From Cetorhinus maximus (taxonomy: Eukaryota), in assembly GCF_964194155.1 (NCBI RefSeq), contig NC_135902.1, forward strand, positions 30,442,001 through 30,506,000: 64,000 bases of DNA. Direction: 5' to 3'. Below, piece after piece: positions 49,901 through 60,940 of this stretch. Each line of letters begins with the position of its first letter. Position 1 is the stretch's first letter. A program made the position numbers and the translations under genes. The notes under the pieces were generated by a model. That model searched no databases, was not told where the DNA came from, and saw only the letters and a program-made list of their open reading frames with translations.

Positions 49901-52900
49901 TTTAAAAGTATTGCAGCTTTTTATTTACAACTGAATCAAATCTTTTGCAAATGTCAATTAACCTAACGGTGAGCAAGAGTTGACAAAAAATGCAAGAGTA
50001 ATAGGACTAATCTTTACACTATCAAAACTTCAATAAAAGGTAAAATTGTACTTTCAATTTTAAAAATTCTGATGTAACCTTGCTTGAATGTTGGATAAAG
50101 ATGTTTCAAAAATTCAACTGGCACACTTAAAAAAAATGCCAACAGGTTATACTTATTTTTATTCTTTTTGCAAGACTGGCTTAGAATTTGTCAGGTTTGA
50201 TAACTTTTTGGTAGAAACTTAACCTAATTTTCCTTATGTAGTTGTCATTTTTAAAAGGGATTTCAGTCTTGATCAGCAGCGAGCACACCTATCCTCTTAT
50301 GAAGCAAAATGCACATGGAATTCTCTAACAAATGTATCCTAATTTATCCCAGACGTTTCCACCTATTTTCTGTCTGTTTTTGAAATACTACTTTTATTAT
50401 CAAAATCAAGTTAATTTATTTTACCTCTAAAATGGTCTTTCCTCTTACTGTATTTCTGTAAAACCATACGTATTGTGCTAGAACCACAGCACATGGCCAA
50501 ATGTACATACCATATTGGGGATCCAGTACCTGAGGAAGCAACAACAACTTGCATTTAAATAGCACCTTTAACATGGTAAAACATCCCAAGACACTTCACA
50601 GGAACTTAATCAGACAAAAATTAATGAACCATAAAGAAAAACATTTTGATGACAGGTTATCAACTTGAAATGCTAACTCTCTCTCTTCACAGGTACTGCC
50701 TAACTTGCTGAGTATTTGCAGGTTGGAGACCAGATGTACCCCAGAAAATGCACTACAGGACCCCTTGGAAGTTCCAATGCAAGGACTTCGTGGGAATTGC
50801 CCAGGAAGTTTGAACTCCCTGCTCTCTGGGACACTCCAAAAAACTGGGTTAGAGTCGGGAACTTCAGACAGTTCCGACTTACTTATCTGGGTAGTTGCCC
50901 AAGAAATGTTAGAATAAAACCCAGTCTCAATCACCTGGGTAACTATACAACTGACCTTCCCCAATCACTCACACTGAAGCCCCTGACCAGGCCTGGGTAG
51001 ACCCCCGCCCCCATGACCCCTCCTGACCCAACTACACACACACCCATCTGCCACCCTACCCCCAACCCAACTACCACCCTACCTAGTTGCCCACCTGCCA
51101 CCCTATCACCCTTGCCATCCTACCTAGCTGCACCCAATCACCCCTATCATCCTACCCCCTAATTTACATTCTCTCCATAGCTTTTCAAAGAAGCTTTGGG
51201 ACATTTAAATATTTTACTTACAGAATATGACAACTAGTGCCATAAAAAGGGTGCGTGGTTTCTGCACTGATTCTCAAAGGTAACTGTATTTTTTTTGTCT
51301 GATCAGGGTCAGAAATAGGGGTTCAGACCCTAGATGCAAGATTCAGGCCTAGGACTGGTGATCAAACATTTGGTCAAAGACCTAGTTTTTAAACAGCATC
51401 TTAGGTGGAGAGGCACAGATGTTTGTAGAGGGAGTTCCAGAGCTTAGGGCCTGAACAGTTGAAGCAACAGCTGCCAACGAGGGCCAGAGAATTGGGGATG
51501 CATGAGGCCAGATTTGGAGAAGGGAGTTTTCGGAGAATTTTGGGAAGTTACAGAAATACAGATGGAATCGATGGCTAGGCAATGGGTCAGTGATCTCCAA
51601 GAATAACTGTAGGGACAGGAAATAAAGCCATTGCAGGAGATTCTCTGGATAGGTAAGCTCCAACTAGACTGGTAAGCTAGGAACCAGGTGAGAGTAGTCC
51701 CACTTCACTGGGCAATGGAGGAGAGACATTGAAGGAGAAACAGTGCGGTCAAACGTGTCAAAGACTGAAGATAGGTCAAGAGGAATTGTGCATCAGTCAC
51801 TGCGGATGTAAGTTGTAGCTTTAGTTAAGACATTTCAGTAGAGAATCAGGTGATGGGGTCTACTCGGGTCTGGTCAGGGGCTTCAGTGAGAGTGATTGGG
51901 GAAGGTCAGCTGTATAGTTACCCAAGTGATATAGAGTAGGTTTTATTCTGTTTAACATTTCCTGGGCAGCCATTAGAGCTGTGGCAATGTCAGAAACTAG
52001 ATTGGAGAGATTCAAACATGACGTTATGGGAGGTGCCATCATGTTCAAGAGCTTTGAAAAGACATGTTGGAGATAGGGGAGAAGACAAAGGATCGTTCTT
52101 CTCAATTCTGTTTATGGGATCTTGTATGAAAATTGTCTTTACTTACACAAACAGTGCTTCAAAACAAATGAACTATCTTGGCCAGCCGTGATTTAATATT
52201 AACATTCTCACCTGAGTCAGAAAATTATTGGATTCAAACCCAACTCTAGAAACTTGACAATATTGACAGTACTGAGGTGCTGCATTATCTCTGACGCTGT
52301 CTTTCAGGTGAGATGTTAAAACCAAATCCCCATCTACCCTCTCAGGGTATAGAAGATCCCACAGCATTCTTTAATGAGGAGGGGAGAGGACAGAATATTA
52401 AGTCCAAGCAGGTTGGTTCAGAAAGTCACATTACTGTATCCTTCACTTGTTTTTCTTCATTGAACTATCTTTCACACGTAGCAACAAGTTTTACAGTACG
52501 TCCATCAATGAATAGCAGCAATTCATAATTAGTCCAGGATTCAATGGTGACTTTCAAAAGGAAATTAGATAAATTCTTGGAGGAAGAAAAATTGCAGGAA
52601 CATGGGGAAAGAGCAAGGGAGTGGGACTAACTGAATTGCTCTTCAAAAGAGTTGGTGCAGATTCGATGGGTTGAATGACCTTTTGTAGGGTAGTATTCCA
52701 TGATTCATTCCCCAGTTCTTGTTTATTATACAGATTGCTTAACTTTAAAAAAAAATTCATGGAATTAATTATACAAAATCACAAATAAAATGTAGATGAT
52801 ATCCAGGTGGGATTGTATTACCTTTTTGGATCAATATGTAACCTAAATTAGGAACTAAACACATTTTAAATAATAATACAGGAATGCTAAATGATTCATT

Positions 52901-55900
52901 AAGCAATACAGTACAATTTTATTTTCATTTGTGAAGCTGACTGGAATCTACTTAAGGAAACAAAAATCAGATTACATGGCCAGACATTTGGTTTCCTTCG
53001 TATGTATTGCTGATAGAAATGACGTGGGAATAGCCTTATGATTTGATCTGTTGCAGGAATATGTTATTCAGTAACGTTATAACATTGCATCTTTCAGGAA
53101 ATTCTGTTGTCAAAATAAAATAATTTTATTTATCCAATTGCCAGTTTTGATGTTGCACTCTCATAAATCAACAAAAAAAACAGCATTCACTCAGAGGAAC
53201 AATATGTCGTACGATGATTCTAAAATGGGAAAGCTATGTAATGGGCTCCTTTGATGGATCAGTGGTAACTGCATCCTATGATACAAAACCAGTAAAATAA
53301 CGAGGAGAGGAAGAAGTTGAGAAATGGTTCTCAAATAAAGTCAGCATTCTTTCAGGGAATTTATTTTCCCCTCCCCAACCGCATATTGCCCAGAATGAAT
53401 GTTTTTGTCTTTTTTCCTGTCTGAAAACACAAACCAAGCAGCGTGCCCATCTCCACTTCCCATCATCCATCCATCTGCGACATCCTCCCTTACCATAGAA
53501 AAACAGATCAAAGAAATCTCATACACAAATCCACATCCAGTCACTCTATGCCACAGGATGTTTGAGCACCATCTAGTCAACTCTCAAATGTTTAAGATTG
53601 CCACCTTTGTGAACTCTAAAACTGAAGAATAGCTTATTGCACCAGTTTCAATGATGCACTTCATTAATGAGACAGACAAGGACACATTCTAATAAAGAAA
53701 GCCAATGATTACAGTTGTGACAGCCAATTACATGTTTCACAATACAGTCAACTTTAATATTTTTGAAGATGAAGGCACCAGGAACACAGATAATTCAATG
53801 CTGCTAAATAAAATTAACTAAAAGGGAAAAATGAAAACTTCACCAAACTTAAAATCATTGAAGTGTTAGCTCAGAATATGTGGTTTATGACTTTTTTTTA
53901 AAGAGACAGCATTTAACTGATAGACATGGGTAAGAATTAAGTTACTGATGAAGGTAAAATGCTCTAAATTCTTATGTTCAGGTACAGTGCTGAAGCTTCC
54001 TCAGCACAAGCAAAAATACTTCATTGGGGTGGATATCATCAGCAGCTGCTCCTTTTGTTAGGGTCATTGGAAATTGCAGATTATAGCAAAAACTGACTTC
54101 ATAATTTCACAAAATTGGAATATTATTGTGAACAAAAACAGAATTACCTGGAAAAACTCAGCAGGTCTGGCAGCATCGGCAGAGAAGAAATCAGTTAACG
54201 TTTTGAGCCTTCATGGCCCTTCGGCAGAACTGAAGCATAGTTAGGAGAAAGGAGAAATATAAACTGGTTTAAGGTGGGGGGGGGGGGGGGGGGGCGCGAA
54301 GAGAGAAGTTGAGGGTGTGGTGATTGTGGAGATAAGCAAGCCGTGATAGGAGCAGATAATCAAAAGATGTCACAGACAAAAGGATCAAAGAGGTGTTGAA
54401 GGTGGTGATATTTGTCTAAGAAAAGTGCTAATTAAGAATGGAAGACAGGATACTAGAGCTGTACTTTGCTTTACCCCACTAGAGCTGTACTTTGAGTATC
54501 CTGTCTTCCATTCTTAATTAGCACTTTTCTTAGACAAATATCACCACCTTCAACACCTCTTTGATCCTTTTGTCTGTGACATCTTTTGATTATCTGCTCC
54601 TATCACGGCTTGCTTATCTCCACAATCACCACACCCTCAACTTCTCTCTTCCCCCCCCGCTCCCCCCCCACCTTAAACCAGTTTATATTTCTCCTTTCTC
54701 CTAACTATGCTTCAGTTCTGCCGAAGGGCCATGAAGGCTCGAAACGTTAACTGATTTCTTCTCCGCCGATGCTGCCAGACCTGCTGAGTTTTTCCAGGTA
54801 ATTCTGTTTTTGTTTTGGATTTCCAGCATCCGCAGTAGCTTTCAGCATATTATTGTGAATATTGTATTAGCAATCTCCATTGCTAAATTTCATTAACAGC
54901 CAACTTTATCAATTCACACAGTAACATTCTTCTCCTTCAACATTCTCCGCTAACAGACATTTACCTCTCCCCCTTCCCTACAGTATAAGCCTCCCTATCC
55001 CCCGAATTTGTACACAGTAAGTAGTCAGTGCTGCTCTGGAGATCTGCTGCAAAACTGCTGGGATTAAGAATTCTCACTTTCAGCACTGCTGTCTCAGGAA
55101 AATGCAATGCAACATGTTCACCACCAAGTCCCATCTGAGTTACACGACATCCTGATTTGGAAATATATAATGGTTCCTTCATTACACCAAGTCAAAACCC
55201 TGAAACTTCTTACCTAATGGTATTATGGGAACACTTACACCATATAGACTACAGCATTTAAGGGGGTAGCTCACCAACCACCTTCTCAGTGGCAATAAAT
55301 GCCAACCTTGCCAGAACCCAAGAATTATTAAGGAAATGGTGGAAGCCAGAAATAGCAGTAGTGAATAAGATCAGAAGCAAAGCAAGAACTCAACTGCAAT
55401 TAAGTTGCAATATTGAACTGAATTGCAATATTGGTCATAGGAATATACTTTAAATGAATTTGAAACTTTTAATTTACAAAGAGGAAACAACTTGTATTTA
55501 TATATCACCTTTCATAACTTCAAGATGTTCCAAAGTACTTCACAGCCGGAGAAGTATATTTGAACATATGAATTAGGAGCACGAGTAGACCACTCAGCAC
55601 TTTGAACCTGTTCTGCCATCCAATAAGATCATGGTTGATCCGATTGTAACCTCAACCCCACATTCCCGCCATCCCCGATAACCTTTCACCTCCTGCTCAT
55701 TAACAATCTATCTAGCTCTAGGTAATGACTGTTTTTAGCTTAGATACCATGCTAGTCAAAATTCAGGCAGCAAGGTCCCACAAACAGCAATGAAATAAAT
55801 GGCTGAAAATCTATTTTACTGAGTTGTTTGAGGGATAAATTTTGACCTGAACTCTCTTGCTCTTCTTCAAATAGTGCTATATGATCTTTCACCTCCTCAC

Positions 55901-57641
55901 GAGAGGGCAAATAGGGCTTTGATTTATTATTGCATACCAAAAATTAGACCTCTGACAATGCAGCTTTTGCTCAGTTTGAAATGCAGCCTAGATTAGGTGT
56001 TCAAATCTAGAATTGGGCTTGAACTTATGCCTTCCGATTTTTAAAAATTACTCTTGTGGCACGTGGGTGCCGCTGGCTAGGCCAGCATTTTTATTGCCTA
56101 TACCTTAGATTTAGAGGTAATAGTGCTAACACTCTGCCAAGATTAATATCTTGTCACATCTAAAAATTTCAAACATGCAGGTACAGCAAGCAATTAAGGC
56201 AGGAAATGGTATTTTGGCCTTTATTAGAAGAGAATTTGAGTATTGAAGTAAAGATATCTTACTGCAATCATATAGAGACTTGGTGAGACAACACTTGAGT
56301 AATGTGTGGAGTTTTGTTCTCCTTACCCAAGGAAAGATATACTTGCCATAGTAGTAATACAACAAAGATTCACCAGACTAATTCCTTGGATGGATGGATT
56401 TTCCTATGAGGAAAAATTAAATAGGCTGGGCTTTTATCGTTGAGAGTTTAGAAGAATGAGAGGTGATTTCATTCAAACATACACAAGTCTTACAGGGCTC
56501 GATAGGGTAGATGAAGGAAGGATGTGTCCCCTGGCTAAGGGCCCTAGAGCCAGGGGGCCACAGTCTCAGAATATGGGGCAGGCCATTTAGGACTGAGAAG
56601 AGGAGAAATTTCTTCACTCAGAGGATGGTGAATCTTTGGAATTCTCTGTCTCAGAGGGCTGTGGAAGTTCAATTGTTGAGTATGTTCAAGACTGGTTTTG
56701 ATAGATTTCTCCATATTAAAAACATCAAGGGATGTGGGGATAGTGTGAGAAAATGGTACTGAAGTAGAAAAATCGCGATCTCATTGAATGGCGGAGCAGG
56801 CTCAAAGGTCTACTCCTGCCCCTATTTCTTATGTAAAACATGTAATGCAACAAAACACCGATGGCAGTGACGGTTCAGGGATGAAAATCTACTTTTATAT
56901 AGTATCTTTCACAGGACATTCTAAAGCATTTTATAACCAACGAATTGTTTTTCTAACACGAGTAGCATGTTGACAAGGGCAGACGCCAAATTGCACAAAC
57001 GGCATGAGATATATGGCCAATTGGTCCGTTTTGGGGGAACTTAAACTAGGAGACCACGCCTGTCTTCAAGAATGGATCGTTTTACATCCATTAAAACAGG
57101 GGGGGGGGGCGGGGGACACCGTGGTGCCTTGGCTTAACATCTCATCTGAAAGAGTCTCAACGATGCAGCAACTTCCCCGGGACAACAATGAATTCAACCC
57201 TCGGTCCCTCGACTGTGTCTACATACACTGCAGCTCTCAACACTCTCCCTGCTCAATCAGAAAGGTCACTGCCAACATTTCCCAGCTCCAAAACAAGCCC
57301 ACTGGAGGGGTTTGGGGGAAACACAGGTGGTGAACGGCACATGTCGAGAGGCAGTTTGAATTGGCGCTGACAGCAGCGGGCAGCCCTTCCATTGGTTTAT
57401 TTTCCCAAAGGCTGGCTCAAGGCCTCCAATGAGGGGGGGAGAAAAGGCGCTCGAATTAACCGAGAAAACCACGATTTGAATTGGTCTTTCTCTTATCTAA
57501 GCAACCGACACAGCGCTTTAATCTCATTTCTACAAGAAGCCAGTCAGCCACCTCGGGGACAGAGACCTCCAGCCGCTCAGCACCATCTCTCGGCCGCTCG
57601 TCCACAAACACGAAGCGTTTCGCCGGCGGCAGGCCGCTCAT
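43757..57641 (-). CDS. METTL23: Methyltransferase-like 23 (seven-beta-strand methyltransferase), 5 exons, 699 nt, 232 aa
   Basis: Exons 57552-57641, 50425-50529, 49575-49812, 45634-45718, 43757-43937 in phase; motifs YGMYIWPCAVVLAQY, motif I LEIGAGASLPG, and GSDVFY (DxxY). Confidence 0.92.
45634..45718 (-). CDS. METTL23: METTL23 exon 4
   Basis: DFEDILTTVFYLMQKNPHVLFWTTYQERS; donor gtgagt; 85 nt. Confidence 0.94.
48355..48762 (+). mobile_element. Non-autonomous Penelope-derived element with hammerhead motif
   Basis: Highly similar to 54478-54814; hammerhead motif 48660-48700. Confidence 0.8.
48660..48700 (+). ncRNA. Minimal hammerhead ribozyme motif, CUGCCGA core variant
   Basis: cagtt-CUGCCGA-a-GGGUC augaa GACCC-GAAA-cguu-aacug. 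Confidence 0.55.
49575..49812 (-). CDS. METTL23: METTL23 exon 3
   Basis: IGAGASLPGIVAAKCGGRVILSD...IDIILGSDVFYEPK; 238 nt. Confidence 0.95.
50425..50529 (-). CDS. METTL23: METTL23 exon 2
   Basis: VLDPQYGMYIWPCAVVLAQYVWFYRNTVRGKTILE; 105 nt; donor gtaaaa. Confidence 0.94.
54120..54859. mobile_element. Penelope-type insertion in inverted-pLTR configuration with 13-bp TSD
   Basis: Arms 54131-54454 and 54495-54814 are reverse complements; ATATTATTGTGAA at 54120-54132 and 54847-54859. Confidence 0.85.
54713..54753 (+). ncRNA. Minimal hammerhead ribozyme motif, CUGCCGA core variant
   Basis: cagtt-CUGCCGA-a-GGGCC augaa GGCUC-GAAA-cguu-aacug. Confidence 0.55.
56170..56835 (+). mobile_element. CR1 LINE 3' fragment
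   Basis: RGHSLRIWGRPFRTEKRRNFFTQRMVNLWNSL; tail. Confidence 0.88.
57552..57641 (-). CDS. METTL23: METTL23 coding exon 1
   Basis: MSGLPPAKRFVFVDERPRDGAERLEVSVPE; phase-0 donor GAG|gtggct (weak); lies in the CpG island. Confidence 0.75.
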
Positions 57642-58160
57642 GACGTCGGCGACATGAACTCTGACCTCGCCGACGTCCGCTGACGCAGGGGGAGGGGCGG
57701 GGCAGGGCGGGGGCGCGGCCTCGGCGCCGTAAAAGTGACTCAGAACCCCCAGATTTACCACCTAAAGATAAAAAAAATCAAATTACGGCGGATGCCGGGA
57801 ATCTGAAATGAAAACAAAAAAGCTGCTGCAAAAACCTCAAGCAGGTCGGTGGAGGGAAAGACAAGAGGGCAAAGCTCCGAGTCCGTATATGACTCTTCTT
57901 CGGAGCATTCAGATTCACCAATCGGGCGCAGCTTCCGCCGCGGGCCGGCCACTCGGTGACGGGCGGGCGGGCCGGACTTCCTCTCTGCGGTTTGATTGAC
58001 AGGTCGGTGCGGGGAGAGGGTGAAGATTCTGGAAAGCTTTCCCTCCCTCCCCCCTCCCCCTCTCCCCTTCGACAGCCTGTAACCCAGACCCCGGGGTGGG
58101 GGCAGCGGCTGGCGGAGCCGGCTTTAATAGCGCAGGAGGCAGTGGTTCTGAGTTTAGGAA
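57642..58160. promoter_or_regulatory. Bidirectional CpG-island promoter METTL23/JMJD6
   Basis: 519 bp between divergent ATGs; CRE-like TGACG motifs (57641, 57681), tandem GC boxes / G-runs 57688-57713, CCAAT near 57918. Confidence 0.8.
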
Positions 58161-58289
58161 ATGAATCACAAAGCTAAGAAACGAATAAAAGAAGCAAAGC
58201 GCAGTGCTCGCCCCGAGTTAAGGGATTCTTACGACTGGACTAAACACAACTACCATGAAACTTTCTCTTTATCCTTGAGCACTGTCAAG
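58161..58289 (+). CDS. JMJD6: JMJD6 (JmjC lysyl hydroxylase / arginine demethylase) coding exon 1; gene continues beyond the window
   Basis: [43 protein letters not shown] followed by donor AAG|gtaagg; diagnostic JMJD6 N-terminus. Confidence 0.96.
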
Positions 58290-60564
58290 GTAAGGAGCGT
58301 CAGGGACCGGGGCCGCCTCACAGCCCCGGGGTCCCACTCACACTCACCCAGCACGTCCCGCACGTACACACTCTCGGCACGGCGCCATCGAGCTGTCCCT
58401 CAGCCCCTAGTCAGAGAGCGGGAATGGTGGGGTGGGGGGGGACCTACACAAGGTGGCCTGCTGGTGGCTTTGATTCTCCCAATCCCTCCCCCTCCCGGCA
58501 TTGGGAAGAGGTGTTGCTTTGGAGGGAACGGCCGGGTTGGGTTCACTTGGTGAGGGAGTGGGGGGGGGAGATTGATTTGGCGGGCACTGAGGGTGTAAAT
58601 CTGGGCTGGAAGCAGGCCGGAGGGGAGGGAAGGGGGGGCACTTTGGACAGGGCAGTTCTGGAGGATGAGATGGGCTGCGGTTACTCGGCAGTCGGTCCAA
58701 GGCAGAATTCCCGTTGTGGTCACCAGGGAGCCGCCGCCGCAGTGGTTATTATTGGAGACAGCTCTTGGAGAAAGAGTTTTTGAGATGTGGGACTTGAGGC
58801 TGTATCCCCTCCTGGGAAGAAACATAAAATTAAGAGCAAAATGCTCCGGATGTTGGAAATCTGAAATAGAGTGCTGGAAATACCCATCAGGTCTTAAAAG
58901 AGTCATATTGGACTCAAAACGTGAACTCATTTCTCCACACACGCTGCCAGACCTGCTGAGTATTTCCAGCACTTTCTGTTGTTCTTAGGGAAGAAATAAA
59001 GTTTGGGTTCTTTCTGGGGAAACAAAGGAAAAACTGGAGTTGGTTGGGCCCAGGTCTTGTGGAGAAAATGAGTCTGGAAAAATAACCTTAAATGGAAGGC
59101 AGTTTCAGTAGGGAAGCAAAGGAATCAGGGTTGTGGCCTCACCAGGGATACAGTAGCATCCAATCCCTAGTGACAAACTTCAGTGTTCAATTACAACATG
59201 ATTACTTTTGTGAGTGAGTTTATGATTTTCACATTAATGGCTGCTGACTACGTGGGTTAACCCTCCCTTTTCAAAATCAGTGATTTCTCTTGTCGCACTG
59301 AGTCTGATACTACCTTATAATTTGCTACATAGATGTAGATATTTGCTGTAAAGGGAGCATTGTTTGTTTGTGTTACTGCAAGTCAAAAGTCAACACACTG
59401 AACTGCCTTGTGTATAGTGTGGCAGCGGTAATAACCTACTTATTCAGTGTCTATTTTGATGCTTATTTTAATCTATCCAATAAAAGAGCTGACTTATTGG
59501 CTAGTGTCGTTTTACACCATGTGACTTTTCAGCCATACTTAAAAATAGTCATGACTCAGAAGATCCTTGGAATGGATGGAATTAATTCAGTATCACAGAA
59601 TCATGCTTTCTCAACCGTCAGTTTGTCCAAATGTACACAAAATCTTTAAACTGGAGAACTAATTTGGCAATAAGTATTAAAATAAAGCTCAACAGTCTGT
59701 TCAGTTCAAATTCCATTCTTAAGACTCGAGACTGTTACTTCTGCCTTCTGCTATTACAGCCCCCTTCTTGCCCTGTTCGTGCTTCCCAATGCTGATTGCT
59801 TCAGCTTTGCCGATTATAACCACTCTCCACACCTCTGTTCACTTGCAAACAAGGCCCTTGCCAGCTGTGACCATACTGTGAATAATGGCCTTGAAAGGAA
59901 CTTGGTGTCAATGCCTTGTCCCTTACTGAAGCCTTCCCAGGTCGCTATGCCTTCCACCACCACCCCTGCTGAAACCGTTGTCATCATTCTGATCAAATTC
60001 CTCTTTGCTCTGTCCAATTATTCCCTTGGCGCCTTCTCTTCCTTTTGAGCACTTTACTTTATTCTGTCTTTCTTGCCGGTGTTTTTAAATCCTCATTAGC
60101 TGCTGCCCACCAAAGCCTCCTTGTGAGTTTCACACTCACAGTCCCTCTTCCTTGATCCTTGCATTGAACAACTTCTCAGTCTTTGTGATTTGAACATCCA
60201 CCTTAACTCATCTTGCCCTCTCTTTGACCTCAGTGCCATCCTGCACTCCTTAAATATCTCAACTCAAATTTGAATCTTTTGTTGGGGGGATTCATCAGAT
60301 TCTCCGAGATTGACGTCAGAATTGTTCAGAACGTAGCGGATCTCACCGTCCTACCCGTGGCCCCCCTCAGACTTGCCATTTCACATGTCTACTTTTCCCA
60401 TTGGCTTGATCACAAGTAGGGTCATCTTTGAACTCTTCCTTGTGTCCTGCACCACTCATGTCCCCCTTCCAGTCCCACTTTCTTCTGCATGCATCCCTGG
60501 AAAAATCTCCCCCCAACTCACTTTTTACAGAACTTTCAAATAATTCTACAGAGGCTATAGAGCT

Positions 60565-60940
60565 CTAAGATTCAGAGGAATCTGGGTGTCCTAGTTCATG
60601 AATTGCAAAAACTTAGTATGCAGGTACATCAAGAAATTAGGAAAGCTGATAGAATGTTGTCATTTATTGTGAGAGGGTTGAATACAAAAGGAGGGAGGTT
60701 ATGCTTCAGTTGTACAAGGCATGGGTGAGACCACATCTGGAGTACTGTGTATAGTATTGGTCTCTTATTTAAGGAAGGATGTAAATGAGTCAGAAGTAGT
60801 TTAGAGAAGGTTTGCTAGACTAATACCAGGAATGGGCAGGTTGTCTTATGAGGAAAGGTTGGACAGTCTAGGCTCAAATCCACTGGAGTTCAGAAGAGTA
60901 AGAGGCAACTTGATTGAAACATACAAGATCCTGAGGGGTC
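60565..60940 (+). mobile_element. CR1 fragment A (truncated by B)
   Basis: VRPHLEYCV..., ends at gaaacatacaagatcctgaggggtc. Confidence 0.88.

Noticed and set aside
58400-58988. Several overlapping ORFs in JMJD6 intron 1
   Set aside because: GC-rich CpG-island edge plus repeat remnant; no recognisable domains.
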